A DNA stretch of 64,000 bases from assembly GCA_030656095.1 (NCBI GenBank), contig JAUSOU010000086.1:3488-67487 (forward strand). Reading direction: 5' to 3'. Shown piece by piece: positions 47,271 to 55,763 of this stretch. Position numbers and translations under genes: made by a program. Source of the stretch: Thermovirgaceae bacterium. Its GTDB lineage: Bacteria; Synergistota; Synergistia; Synergistales; Thermovirgaceae. Each line of letters opens with the position of its first letter. Positions within the stretch are counted from its first letter, which is position 1. The notes below the pieces were generated by a model. It ran no database searches. It worked only from the letters and a program-made list of their open reading frames with translations, and had not been told where the DNA came from.

Positions 47271-47695
47271 ACGGTTTCCCTCTATATCCGGTTGGTTTTG
47301 TCAGGTCCTCCGTTAAAACTGTTCTCCCACCCGAAAGTTTCAGGGATATCGAAAGCGAAATCCTGATATCCCCATGTTTTGAGGCCGCACTTGAAGGGCT
47401 CAGGGAAGAGAGCTCAATAGTTGTCCTTTTCCGCTTTCACCTCTCTCAGAGCTATTCGCTCAGTGTTCATCCCAGGGGGGACCTTGCCCGGCCCCTGAAA
47501 GGGGTTTTCGCCACCTGCAGTCCCAACAGGCCGAATCATATAGGTCTAAGCCGCGTACCTCTTCTTGAGATCATCGGGAACAGGATCCTTGTAAGGTGCC
47601 TGGATGCCGTTGACGGAACGCCGGTTATCGACATCAAGCCCTTCAGACATATGGACCTTTCCGACCACCTGCCCCTGCCCGCGAATGGAGAGTGA
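47267..47695 (+). CDS. trmO: tRNA (t6A37) methyltransferase TrmO / TsaA family
   Basis: PVGFVRS..RPNHIGLSRVPLLEI..LDAVDGTPVIDIKP. The ATGA overlaps the trmB stop. Confidence 0.85.
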   Translation: MNGFPLYPVGFVRSSVKTVLPPESFRDIESEILISPCFEAALEGLREESSIVVLFRFHLSQSYSLSVHPRGDLARPLKGVFATCSPNRPNHIGLSRVPLLEIIGNRILVRCLDAVDGTPVIDIKPFRHMDLSDHLPLPANGE

Positions 47696-47734
47696 CAGGC
47701 CCTGAAAGAGGCCCGGCCCACCTCAGGTCTTGTC
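47694..47734 (+). other. Imperfect hairpin that starts at the second base of the trmO stop codon
   Basis: GACAGGCCCTGA (47694-47705) pairs with TCAGGTCTTGTC (47723-47734): 11 of 12 positions pair, including one G-U, with one C/T mismatch. The 17-nt loop can form an extra GAGG/CCTC register. Confidence 0.5.
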
Positions 47735-48214
47735 CTTCAGGCACTCTTCAACATCCTTGGACCTGTGTCCGGGAGGTCTTTTCTCGATCTTTTCGCCGGA
47801 AGCGGCAGGGTGGGCATAGAGGCCTCCGCCAGGGGATTCTCTCCGGTGGCTTTTGTCGAGATTTCCGGTAAAAATACAAACGCGATAATATCCCGGATCC
47901 ATATAAACGGGCGCGAGGTCCTCAGGATGGATGTAAGGCGGTCTCTCGCGCTATTTGCCGCGCGGTCCGTTCGGTTCGACGTGATCTTTGCGGACCCACC
48001 TTACGAAAACGGATGGCTGGAGAGAATGGCGTCTCTATCGGGCCGCCTCTCTGGTATCATGGACAGAAAAGGGATATTCGTCCTGGAGCACACAAGACGC
48101 GAGACCCTTGAACCATCGCTATGGAACGGCTGGGAGATATCCTCAAAAACATACGGGGAGACGGTGCTTTCCTTTTTTCATAGAGATCCCGGGGGAGAGG
48201 GTGAGTCTGCTTGA
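47702..48214 (+). CDS. rsmD: 16S rRNA (guanine966-N2)-methyltransferase. The start codon is unresolved.
   Basis: RPTSGLVLQALFNIL..FLDLFAGSGRVGIEA..IFADPPY. The conserved RPT..ALFN block lies upstream of the track's GTG at 47765. The only start-like codon available is CTG at 47702, 9 nt after GGAGAG. Confidence 0.75.
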   Translation: MKEARPTSGLVLQALFNILGPVSGRSFLDLFAGSGRVGIEASARGFSPVAFVEISGKNTNAIISRIHINGREVLRMDVRRSLALFAARSVRFDVIFADPPYENGWLERMASLSGRLSGIMDRKGIFVLEHTRRETLEPSLWNGWEISSKTYGETVLSFFHRDPGGEGESA

Positions 48215-48711
48215 TCAGGGCTATGTATCCAGGGTCGTTCGACCCGATAACAAACGGGCATATTTTCATTGCAGAGAGAGCCGCAGCCATCTTCGATGAC
48301 CTGACCATAGGGGTGCTGGACAACAGCCAGAAGAAATACACCTTTGTCAAGGAAGAGAGGGAAACCATGACAAGGGAGGCTTTGAGCCATCTTCCGAATG
48401 TCAGGGTCAAACACTTCGGGGGGCTGTTGGTGGATTTCATGAGAGCGGAGCAGTGCAGGGTGATCATCAGGGGTTTGAGAGCACTCTCGGATTTCGAATA
48501 CGAGTTCCAGCTGGCCCTCATGAATCGCCAGCTGGCTCCGGAGATAGAGACCTTTTTCATCGTCACAGAGGCAAAATACTCCTACCTCTCGAGCAGGGCG
48601 GTAAAGGAGGTATTTCACTTCGGCGGAGCCATACAGGACATGGTTCCCCCTGGCGTCTTCAGGAGGCTCCGGGAGCGTTATCCTCCGGGTTCCGATATCA
48701 GGCAGATTTGA
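48211..48711 (+). CDS. coaD: Phosphopantetheine adenylyltransferase
   Basis: YPGSFDPITNGHIFI..ISSR.. The TTGA overlaps the rsmD stop. ATG at 48223 is an alternative start. Confidence 0.93.
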   Translation: MIRAMYPGSFDPITNGHIFIAERAAAIFDDLTIGVLDNSQKKYTFVKEERETMTREALSHLPNVRVKHFGGLLVDFMRAEQCRVIIRGLRALSDFEYEFQLALMNRQLAPEIETFFIVTEAKYSYLSSRAVKEVFHFGGAIQDMVPPGVFRRLRERYPPGSDIRQI

Positions 48712-49912
48712 CGGGAAGGGTCCTGGACTCTCGATAGGGATCCGGGGATGGGATCAGGTTCTCCCATATCCTTGAGGCCCTGTACTCCAGGTCGGAGATG
48801 TCGCGCTGGTATGTCCCATGCCTCCCCCTGGGGTGAAAGACTATCGGAACACGTGCAGAGGACCTCATGATGCGGAGAAGTTCCTGCCCCCTGCTGTCCC
48901 AGCCGAGAACCCTTATATAGGGGGGTCCGATGCGCTGGGCAGTCCTGTTTGTAATGTGGTCGAAACCCAGGAGAACATGGGCGGCGTGACGCTGGATCCT
49001 GCTTCTGGGATACCTTTTGCTTGTGCATGCGCCGACGAATTCATCGAAAGAGAGAGAGGACCGCGCCTTTGCTGCCAGCAGGTTCTCCATCCCCTCGCGC
49101 ATCTCGGCATGGCCGGACAGTATCTCCCGGTTTTCTCTCACTATTACGGTTCCAAGGATCCGCCAGAACAGATCTAGGGAGATCACGCATCTTCCCGAAG
49201 ATATTTCCCGTTCCACCACCGCCGATGCCGGGGCGGGCATGGCCCCGGTGCCTGAAGGTGACAGTTCGCCGCTTCTGATGACCCTCCGTACCCAGCTTGC
49301 GCTTGCGAAGGCGTTCCTGCCGGTTCCGTGATAACCCTCCCCGATCCGCTTCACAGGAACAGGCAGCAGATCGTAACCACGGCTCATTATTCTCGTCACA
49401 TACTCCTGGGCAAGAATGTTGTTTGGAGAGGAAAGGATTTTTTTTGCCCCGGGGACCACGGCTTCCGCAGCAAGGGCTCTGGCCTCGGCATAGGAATAAC
49501 CTTCGCCCAGGTGCCGTTTAAGGGTACTCCTGAAATCCACTGTCTCACTCAGAAGAGTCTCTGCGATAACCCCGAGCGGGGCATCCGGTTCCTCCATTCC
49601 GAATGAGATATGGGTGACAATGCCCGTCATGTCAAGCAAGTCGACCGCCGCTGCTCCGAAAACTCCCGCATTGTGGCATGAAAATGCGACGGGGAGCTCT
49701 ATGACCAGGCTGGCGCCGCCCGACAAGGCCATTTCCGTTCTGCTCCACTTATCAGTGAAGGCAGGTTCTCCCCGCTGGACAAAACTCGATGATAGGACAA
49801 CGACCACGGATTCGGCGCCCGTTGTTTCCACGGCACGCTCCATGTGGTATAAATGTCCATTGTGAAAGGGGTTATATTCTGCGATGATCCCTACAATTCG
49901 TTTTTTTGCCAA
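48698..49912 (-). CDS. tmcAL: YlbM/UPF0348 nucleotidyltransferase (tRNA-Met cytidine acetate ligase TmcAL family)
   Basis: GIIAEYNPFHNGHLYH..VVVVLSSSFVQRGEP.. about 404 aa. Confidence 0.8.
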   Translation of the reverse strand: MAKKRIVGIIAEYNPFHNGHLYHMERAVETTGAESVVVVLSSSFVQRGEPAFTDKWSRTEMALSGGASLVIELPVAFSCHNAGVFGAAAVDLLDMTGIVTHISFGMEEPDAPLGVIAETLLSETVDFRSTLKRHLGEGYSYAEARALAAEAVVPGAKKILSSPNNILAQEYVTRIMSRGYDLLPVPVKRIGEGYHGTGRNAFASASWVRRVIRSGELSPSGTGAMPAPASAVVEREISSGRCVISLDLFWRILGTVIVRENREILSGHAEMREGMENLLAAKARSSLSFDEFVGACTSKRYPRSRIQRHAAHVLLGFDHITNRTAQRIGPPYIRVLGWDSRGQELLRIMRSSARVPIVFHPRGRHGTYQRDISDLEYRASRIWENLIPSPDPYRESRTLPVKSA

Positions 49913-49998
49913 GGACCTGGACCTTCCTTCCTGTCGTGCTTATTGTACGATAAATCCCTGGAAGGGTTCCGGTCAAGGACGAGGAGGGTGGAACAGGG

Positions 49999-51195
49999 AT
50001 GAAAGTGCTCGTTTTAAACTGCGGCAGTTCCTCGCTGAAGTACCAGATATTCGACATGAAGAACGAAGACGTCCTTGCGAAGGGGCTGGTTGAGAGAATA
50101 GGCATCGACGGCTCCAGGATCAAGCATGAAAAAACCGGGAAAGATCCGTATAAGGCAGATATCGCCATCCCCAACCACAAAGTGGGGGTCAAGATCGTTC
50201 TTGATACCCTTCTTGACGATGAGCAGGGTGTCCTTAAAAGCCTCGAGGAGCTGCGTGCGGTAGGCCACAGGGTGGTTCACGGGGGGGAGAAGTTCGCCCG
50301 TTCCGTTGTGATCGACCAGGAAGTTCTGGATGTCATCGAGGAGTGCGTGCCTCTGGCTCCGCTTCACAACCCTGCCAACCTCATGGGGATCAGGGCAATG
50401 ATAGATGTTCTTCCGAATGCCCCCCAGGTTGCAGTTTTCGACACGGCCTTCCACCAGACCATGCCTGATTACGCCTACATATACGGCATCCCTTTTCATT
50501 ATTATGAAAAACAGAGAGTCAGGCGCTACGGATTTCACGGAACCAGCCATTTCTACGTTGCGAACAGGGCGGCCGAGATGCTTGGAAAACCCGTCGAAGA
50601 TCTGAAGATCGTCACATGCCACCTTGGGAACGGCAGTTCCATCGCTGCGGTACAAGGCGGAAAATCCGTGGACACCAGTCTTGGGTTCGGCACTGTTCCC
50701 GGAGTTCTGATGGGAACCAGATGCGGAGAGATCGACCCCACCGTTATCCTTTACCTTATGGAGCAGGAGGGTATCGATCCCAAATCCATGAGCCATATTC
50801 TTCACAAGGAGAGCGGGATCCAGGGGGTATCCGGGATCAGCAGCGACCTTCGTGATGTAGAGGAAGCCGCTTCGAAGAACAACCCGAGGGCAACACTGGC
50901 TCTGAATATCCTCTGTTACGGCATCAGAAAGTATATCTGCGCCTATGCGGGCGCAATGGGCGGCATAGACGCCATCGTCTTCACGGCGGGTATCGGGGAA
51001 AACAGCACGACCGTGCGTGAAATGGCATGCACCGGACTCGAATTCATGGGCGCGAATATTGACCGGGAAAGAAACAACGTCAGGGGCAAGGAAGCATCCA
51101 TCGGCAAACCGGGCTCTCCCGTAAGCATCCTGGTCGTCCCGACCAACGAAGAGTTGGTGATAGCGCGAGACACCCGGAATCTTGCAATAAAATAG
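49999..51195 (+). CDS. ackA: Acetate kinase
   Basis: MKVLVLNCGSSSLKYQ..HRVVHGG..FDTAFHQTMP..GFHGTSH.. Confidence 0.95.
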   Translation: MKVLVLNCGSSSLKYQIFDMKNEDVLAKGLVERIGIDGSRIKHEKTGKDPYKADIAIPNHKVGVKIVLDTLLDDEQGVLKSLEELRAVGHRVVHGGEKFARSVVIDQEVLDVIEECVPLAPLHNPANLMGIRAMIDVLPNAPQVAVFDTAFHQTMPDYAYIYGIPFHYYEKQRVRRYGFHGTSHFYVANRAAEMLGKPVEDLKIVTCHLGNGSSIAAVQGGKSVDTSLGFGTVPGVLMGTRCGEIDPTVILYLMEQEGIDPKSMSHILHKESGIQGVSGISSDLRDVEEAASKNNPRATLALNILCYGIRKYICAYAGAMGGIDAIVFTAGIGENSTTVREMACTGLEFMGANIDRERNNVRGKEASIGKPGSPVSILVVPTNEELVIARDTRNLAIK

Positions 51196-51208
51196 GGGAG
51201 TTCCTACT

Positions 51209-51841
51209 ATGGCAGGCGGTGAAAAGCGGAGGCTCTTTCTTGAGAAACCTCAACAGTGGCGTTGCCCTTTCGATGGAGCCAAAGTGATCGAATCGGACGC
51301 TTCTGTGGATCTCTTCTGGATGCTCCCCATCAACGGTGATATTGAGTACTGGGGGCAGGTCTACTCCTTTATGGAGGAAGTAACCGTTAAAGCAAATGTC
51401 TTTGGGGACAGGTCTGGCCTTACTGTCGATCTCAACATATCCGCTTCCGCCACGGCTCCCTGTGCCAGGTGTCTTTCCATGGCCCCACTTGAAATTTTCA
51501 GGGATTTCAGGTATTTTTATAAGTCGCTGTCAATAACTGAATCCGGCGATGATAAGGATAAGGACGAAGATCTAATATTTGTTCAGAGCATCGATGAAGA
51601 AGTCGACATATCGGATCAGGTCTGGGAATCACTGGTTGTCTCCCTGCCTGAAAAAGTGCTCTGCTCAGCCGAATGCTGCGGGATCTGTCAATTTTGCGGT
51701 CATGACAGGAACAAGGGCGATTGCGGCTGCTCCGGGGAGGGTGTAGACCCGAGGTTCGAGGTTCTGGCCGGCCAGGAGCAGATAGTCGGCGAAAATGTTC
51801 CCGGGAAAGGAGGGAATCAACGTGGCAGTTCCAAAAAGTAG
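51209..51841 (+). CDS. yceD: YceD/DUF177 family protein (23S rRNA accumulation)
   Basis: It sits immediately upstream of rpmF and overlaps it. Cys-rich motifs CARCL and CSAECCGICQFCG are present. Confidence 0.75.
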   Translation: MAGGEKRRLFLEKPQQWRCPFDGAKVIESDASVDLFWMLPINGDIEYWGQVYSFMEEVTVKANVFGDRSGLTVDLNISASATAPCARCLSMAPLEIFRDFRYFYKSLSITESGDDKDKDEDLIFVQSIDEEVDISDQVWESLVVSLPEKVLCSAECCGICQFCGHDRNKGDCGCSGEGVDPRFEVLAGQEQIVGENVPGKGGNQRGSSKK

Positions 51842-52031
51842 AACGTCACATAAAAGGACCAGTCAAAGAAAAGCCCAGTGGTTGGGATCATTGACGGCTC
51901 CCAGTACCACGGTTTGCCCCAATTGCGGAGAGGTTGCCCAGACCCACAGGGCATGCCCCGAATGCGGCTATTACAGGGGCAGGCAGATCATTGTAATGAA
52001 ATCAAAAGCCGAGGAGAAGGCGAAGTCCTGA
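51822..52031 (+). CDS. rpmF: 50S ribosomal protein L32
   Basis: AVPKSRTSHKRTSQRKA..CPNCGE..CPECGYY. The GTG at 51822 follows AAAGGAGGG. Confidence 0.9.
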   Translation: MAVPKSRTSHKRTSQRKAQWLGSLTAPSTTVCPNCGEVAQTHRACPECGYYRGRQIIVMKSKAEEKAKS

Positions 52032-52064
52032 TCCAGCCAATTTTCCCCGGCAATATATGAGTTC

Positions 52065-52100
52065 ATTGTGGGGGACCTTTTGTGGGTCCCCCACAATTTT
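52065..52100 (+). terminator. Rho-independent terminator after rpmF
   Basis: A perfect 12-bp stem, ATTGTGGGGGAC (52065-76) with GTCCCCCACAAT (52086-97), followed by a short T run. Confidence 0.65.
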
Positions 52101-52105
52101 GCTTA

Positions 52106-52134
52106 TTGACCTGATCCTTTTGCTGCATTATACT
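52106..52134 (+). promoter_or_regulatory. Candidate fapR/fab operon promoter (TTGACC-17-TATACT)
   Basis: Hexamers at 52106-52111 and 52129-52134. Confidence 0.5.
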
Positions 52135-52146
52135 CCCTGATCATAT

Positions 52147-52168
52147 AACCAGATACTAGAACCAGATA
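52147..52168 (+). promoter_or_regulatory. Direct repeat AACCAGATA x2 between the -10 box and the fapR RBS, a candidate FapR operator
   Basis: Copies at 52147-52155 and 52160-52168. ACCAGATACTAG resembles, from memory, half of the FapR box (TAGTA-C-C..). Not verified. Confidence 0.3.
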
Positions 52169-52184
52169 GCAAGGGAGACAAGCC

Positions 52185-52778
52185 ATGAAACGATCCGCCG
52201 GAAGAAGGGCACGGCAGAGCAGGATAATTTCCGAGCTGGAAACCAATCCCCTGTTGACCGACGAGGAGATCGCCGTAAACCTTGGGGTGAGTGTCAGCAC
52301 AGTGAGGCTTGACAGGGCCGTAACGGGCATTCCGGAAGTCCGCGAACGAATGAGAACGATGGCCCGGCAGGCCGGCAGCAAACTCAGATCACTGAAACGC
52401 GAAGAGATAATCGGTGACCTTCTGGATCTTCAGCCGGATGAATGGGCGCTTTCCACACTGCAGACAACATCCGAGATGGCTTTCAGACACACCGCTTTCG
52501 TCTCGGACCATTACATATATGCCATGGCAAGTTCTCTGGCCGTTGCGGTAATCGAGGCGGATATGGTCATTCCCGGTTCAGCCAGGGTCAGATACAGGTC
52601 TCCAGCCAAAGTTGGAGAAAGACTGATAGCCCGCGCAAAGGTTGGAACGAAAAAAGGCAACAAATACGTCGTAAGCGTGAGAATAAGAGTTGGAGAACAG
52701 GAAATTTTCATCGGAAGGTTCATTACTGTGGTCGAAGAGTGCGGTAATGGATCTTCATTAGAAGTCCGAGGAGAGTGA
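52185..52778 (+). CDS. fapR: Fatty acid/phospholipid synthesis transcription factor FapR
   Basis: RQSRIISELETNPLLTDEEIAVNLGVSVSTVRLDRAVTGIPEVRERM parallels the B. subtilis FapR HTH region, with a hot-dog fold C-terminus. Confidence 0.88.
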   Translation: MKRSAGRRARQSRIISELETNPLLTDEEIAVNLGVSVSTVRLDRAVTGIPEVRERMRTMARQAGSKLRSLKREEIIGDLLDLQPDEWALSTLQTTSEMAFRHTAFVSDHYIYAMASSLAVAVIEADMVIPGSARVRYRSPAKVGERLIARAKVGTKKGNKYVVSVRIRVGEQEIFIGRFITVVEECGNGSSLEVRGE

Positions 52779-53791
52779 TCCAGGTGCTGCTGGCTCTTGA
52801 CGCGATGGGAGGGGACCACGCCCCCTTGGAAACATGTTCCGGTGCGATCCTGGCGTGTGAAATATTCCCCGAGCTTGAAGTTGCTCTTGTCGGAGACAAG
52901 AGGGCGATCGAACCGCTGCTTGAATCAGCCTCGGCTGAGGTCCGCGGCAGGGTTCACATGATCCACGCAGAAGAGAGGATCACCATGGACGAGCCTCCTG
53001 CCGTGGCAATCAGGCAAAAGAGGCATTCGAGCCTCAGGATTGCCATGCAGATGGTTCGTTCGGGCGAGGCGTTAGGGTGCGTCTCAGCAGGCAGCACGGG
53101 CGCTATAGTCGCAGGGGGTGTTCTTGTCGTAGGCCGGATTCCCGGCATCGACCGTCCAGGTCTGGGAGTTCCTCTTCCCGCCGTCAACAGGATATCCATG
53201 CTGATCGACATAGGGGCAACAGTCCGGTGCAAGCCGGTCAACCTCTACCAATTCGCTCTTATGGGCGACATTTACATGAGAAAGATCATAGGGATCCAAA
53301 GCCCTTCTATCGGACTTCTTTCCAACGGTCAGGAGCAAGTAAAAGGAGACGAGCTTATCCTGGAGGCCCATGAGCTTTTCCGGAAAAGCAGCCTCAATTT
53401 CATAGGAAATGTCGAGGGCGGCGGGATCCCGTTCGGGGCTGCAGACGTCGTAGTCTGCGAGGGGCTGACGGGCAACATACTCCTCAAATTCATAGAGGGT
53501 ACAGGAGAGGCCATCTACTCGCTTGTGCGCGAGGAGCTGAATCAGCGCTTTCTGCCCAAGGTCGGAATGATATTCATGCTCCCGATGCTCAAGGATCTCT
53601 GGGCGCGCTTCAACTATGAGAATTTAGGAGGGACCCCGCTTCTTGGTGTGAATGGGGCCGTGATAAAGGCTCACGGGAGATCCAGGGCCAAGGCGATCTG
53701 CGGGGCTTTGAGAGTTGCCAGGGATTTTGTATCGAGAAATGGAGTCCAATCAATTGCAGAGGAGCTTTCCGAAGGAGGTACGAGAGAGTGA
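52775..53791 (+). CDS. plsX: Phosphate acyltransferase
   Basis: LALDAMGGDHAP..STGA.. Confidence 0.92.
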   Translation: MIQVLLALDAMGGDHAPLETCSGAILACEIFPELEVALVGDKRAIEPLLESASAEVRGRVHMIHAEERITMDEPPAVAIRQKRHSSLRIAMQMVRSGEALGCVSAGSTGAIVAGGVLVVGRIPGIDRPGLGVPLPAVNRISMLIDIGATVRCKPVNLYQFALMGDIYMRKIIGIQSPSIGLLSNGQEQVKGDELILEAHELFRKSSLNFIGNVEGGGIPFGAADVVVCEGLTGNILLKFIEGTGEAIYSLVREELNQRFLPKVGMIFMLPMLKDLWARFNYENLGGTPLLGVNGAVIKAHGRSRAKAICGALRVARDFVSRNGVQSIAEELSEGGTRE

Positions 53792-54783
53792 CACTCAAAT
53801 TTGCAGTTCCGGTTGCCCTTCTTGGGACGGGCATGTATGTGCCCGAAAGGGTCGTGACCAACGATGAACTTACAAAAATGGTGGAAACCAGCGACGAGTG
53901 GATCATCGAGAGAACAGGGATCAAGGAGAGGCACATCGCCTCTGAGGGCGAAGTGACAAGCCAGTTCGCTGCAAAGGCCGGAATGGAAGCGCTCAGGGCG
54001 GCAGGGATCACCCCTGAAGAACTCGACATGATCATTGTGGCGACAAATTCGCCGGACATGCTCTTTCCCGGTGTGGGCCCTCTTGTACAGGGCATGATCA
54101 AAGCCACAAAGGCCGGGGCATGCGATGTCCAGGCCGGATGCACCGGCTGCGTTTACGCGCTGGTCCTCGCGTCTGCCGGGATCGGATCAGGATTATGGAA
54201 AAAGGTACTTGTGATTGGCGCGGAAGCCCTTTCGCGCCTTGTCGACTGGACAGATAGGAATACCTGCGTGCTTTTCGGCGACGGTGCGGGCGCTGTCGTG
54301 CTGGGCGTCTCTGAAGGCAAAAACGCCGTCCTTGCGGCGGAACTTCACGCGGACGGCGAGAAAGGAGACTATATCGCTTTCCCCGGTGGTCTGGCAGCCA
54401 GGCCCGCAAACCATGCATCTGTCGATGCCGGGGATCATTTTGTTAAAATGAAGGGCAATGAGGTTTTCAAATACGTCAACAAGGTCATCCCTTCCTTTGT
54501 CAAGGATGTTTGCGAACAGGCCGGCCTTGATATTTCGGATATAGATGCGTGGATATTTCACCAGGCCAATCTTCGCATTATCGAGGGCATCCTGAGAAGG
54601 CTGAACGTTTCCGAAGAAAAAGCCATCGTCAACCTTCAGAAGTATGGAAACACTTCGGCCGCTTCTGTTTTTCTTGCTCTCCACGAGGGTTTCGCTGATG
54701 GAAGGATTTCGCGGGGAGACAAAGTGATGCTGGTCAGCTTCGGCGCCGGCATGACCTACGGCGCTATAATCCTGGAGATATGA
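53788..54783 (+). CDS. fabH: 3-oxoacyl-ACP synthase III
   Basis: SDEWIIERTGIKERH..GCTGCVYAL..HQANLRI..GNTSAAS. Confidence 0.93.
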   Translation: MTLKFAVPVALLGTGMYVPERVVTNDELTKMVETSDEWIIERTGIKERHIASEGEVTSQFAAKAGMEALRAAGITPEELDMIIVATNSPDMLFPGVGPLVQGMIKATKAGACDVQAGCTGCVYALVLASAGIGSGLWKKVLVIGAEALSRLVDWTDRNTCVLFGDGAGAVVLGVSEGKNAVLAAELHADGEKGDYIAFPGGLAARPANHASVDAGDHFVKMKGNEVFKYVNKVIPSFVKDVCEQAGLDISDIDAWIFHQANLRIIEGILRRLNVSEEKAIVNLQKYGNTSAASVFLALHEGFADGRISRGDKVMLVSFGAGMTYGAIILEI

Positions 54784-54793
54784 GGTGATATTT

Positions 54794-55744
54794 ATGCTCG
54801 CAAACAACAGGGTCAAAAAACTCCTCGGCATTGAATACCCCATAGTCCAGGGCGGAATGGCATGGGTGGCGGATGCCGACCTTGCGGCGGCCGTAAGCAA
54901 CGGCGGCGGACTTGGGATAATCGCCGCGGGAAGCATGCCCGCCGACGTTCTGGAACAGCAGATATTAAAGGCCAGAACCCTGACCGACAAGCCGTTTGGA
55001 GTAAATATCATGCTGCTTTCAGCTACAGCCGATGATGCCATTGAAGTAGTAGCGAAAAACAGGGTTTCCGTCGTGACGACCGGAGCCGGTTCCCCGGGCA
55101 GGGTGATCGCCCGCCTTAAGCCGCTCGGTACCATTGTTATCCCGGTAATTGCATCCGTTGCCCAGGCAAGAAGGGTTGAGCGCCAGGGCGCCGATGCAGT
55201 TGTGGCTGAAGGTATGGAGGCCGGAGGTCACATTGGAGAGGTAACAACCCTGGTCCTTGTTCCGCAGGTCGCTGATTCGGTCGGGATACCTGTAATAGCC
55301 GCAGGAGGGGTTTCGGACGCGCGCGGCGTCGTTGCTGTGTTCTCTCTCGGCGCGGAAGGAGTGCAGGTTGGTACGCGATTTGTCTGCGCCCTGGAATCAA
55401 ACGCCCACCAGGCCTACAAGAATGAGATAATCAAGGCCAGGGACAGGAGCACCGTAGTCACCGGAATGGCCACCGGCCATCCTGTCCGCTGCATCCAGAA
55501 CCGCCTTACAAAGGAGTTCGAGAGGCTCGAGAAGTCCGGGGCAAGCATCGAGGAGATCGAAAAACTCGGCACCGGGAAACTCAGGGCTGCCGTGGTCGAA
55601 GGGGATGTGGATTTCGGGTCGGTCATGGCCGGCCAGTCGGCGGCCATGGTGGACAGGATCCAGCCGGCACGGGAGATCATCATGGAACTCTTTCAGGGAA
55701 CCGAAGAGATCCTTGACATTCTCAACCGTAATCCTTTCCGTTGA
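54794..55744 (+). CDS. fabK: Enoyl-ACP reductase II (FMN, nitronate monooxygenase fold)
   Basis: LLGIEYPIVQGGMAWVAD..GGLGIIAAG..EAGGHIG. Located inside the fab operon. Confidence 0.85.
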   Translation: MLANNRVKKLLGIEYPIVQGGMAWVADADLAAAVSNGGGLGIIAAGSMPADVLEQQILKARTLTDKPFGVNIMLLSATADDAIEVVAKNRVSVVTTGAGSPGRVIARLKPLGTIVIPVIASVAQARRVERQGADAVVAEGMEAGGHIGEVTTLVLVPQVADSVGIPVIAAGGVSDARGVVAVFSLGAEGVQVGTRFVCALESNAHQAYKNEIIKARDRSTVVTGMATGHPVRCIQNRLTKEFERLEKSGASIEEIEKLGTGKLRAAVVEGDVDFGSVMAGQSAAMVDRIQPAREIIMELFQGTEEILDILNRNPFR

Positions 55745-55763
55745 TGCTTTTGGAGGTATTGAG

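Noticed and set aside
47693-47695. Reading the trmO/rsmD TGA as a genuine selenocysteine codon.
   Set aside because: I have not rejected the locus itself (see the findings), but I treat the Sec interpretation as unlikely. The position is an inter-domain linker rather than a redox site, and the downstream hairpin loop does not look like a typical bacterial SECIS apical loop. TGA is used as an ordinary stop by many genes in this window.
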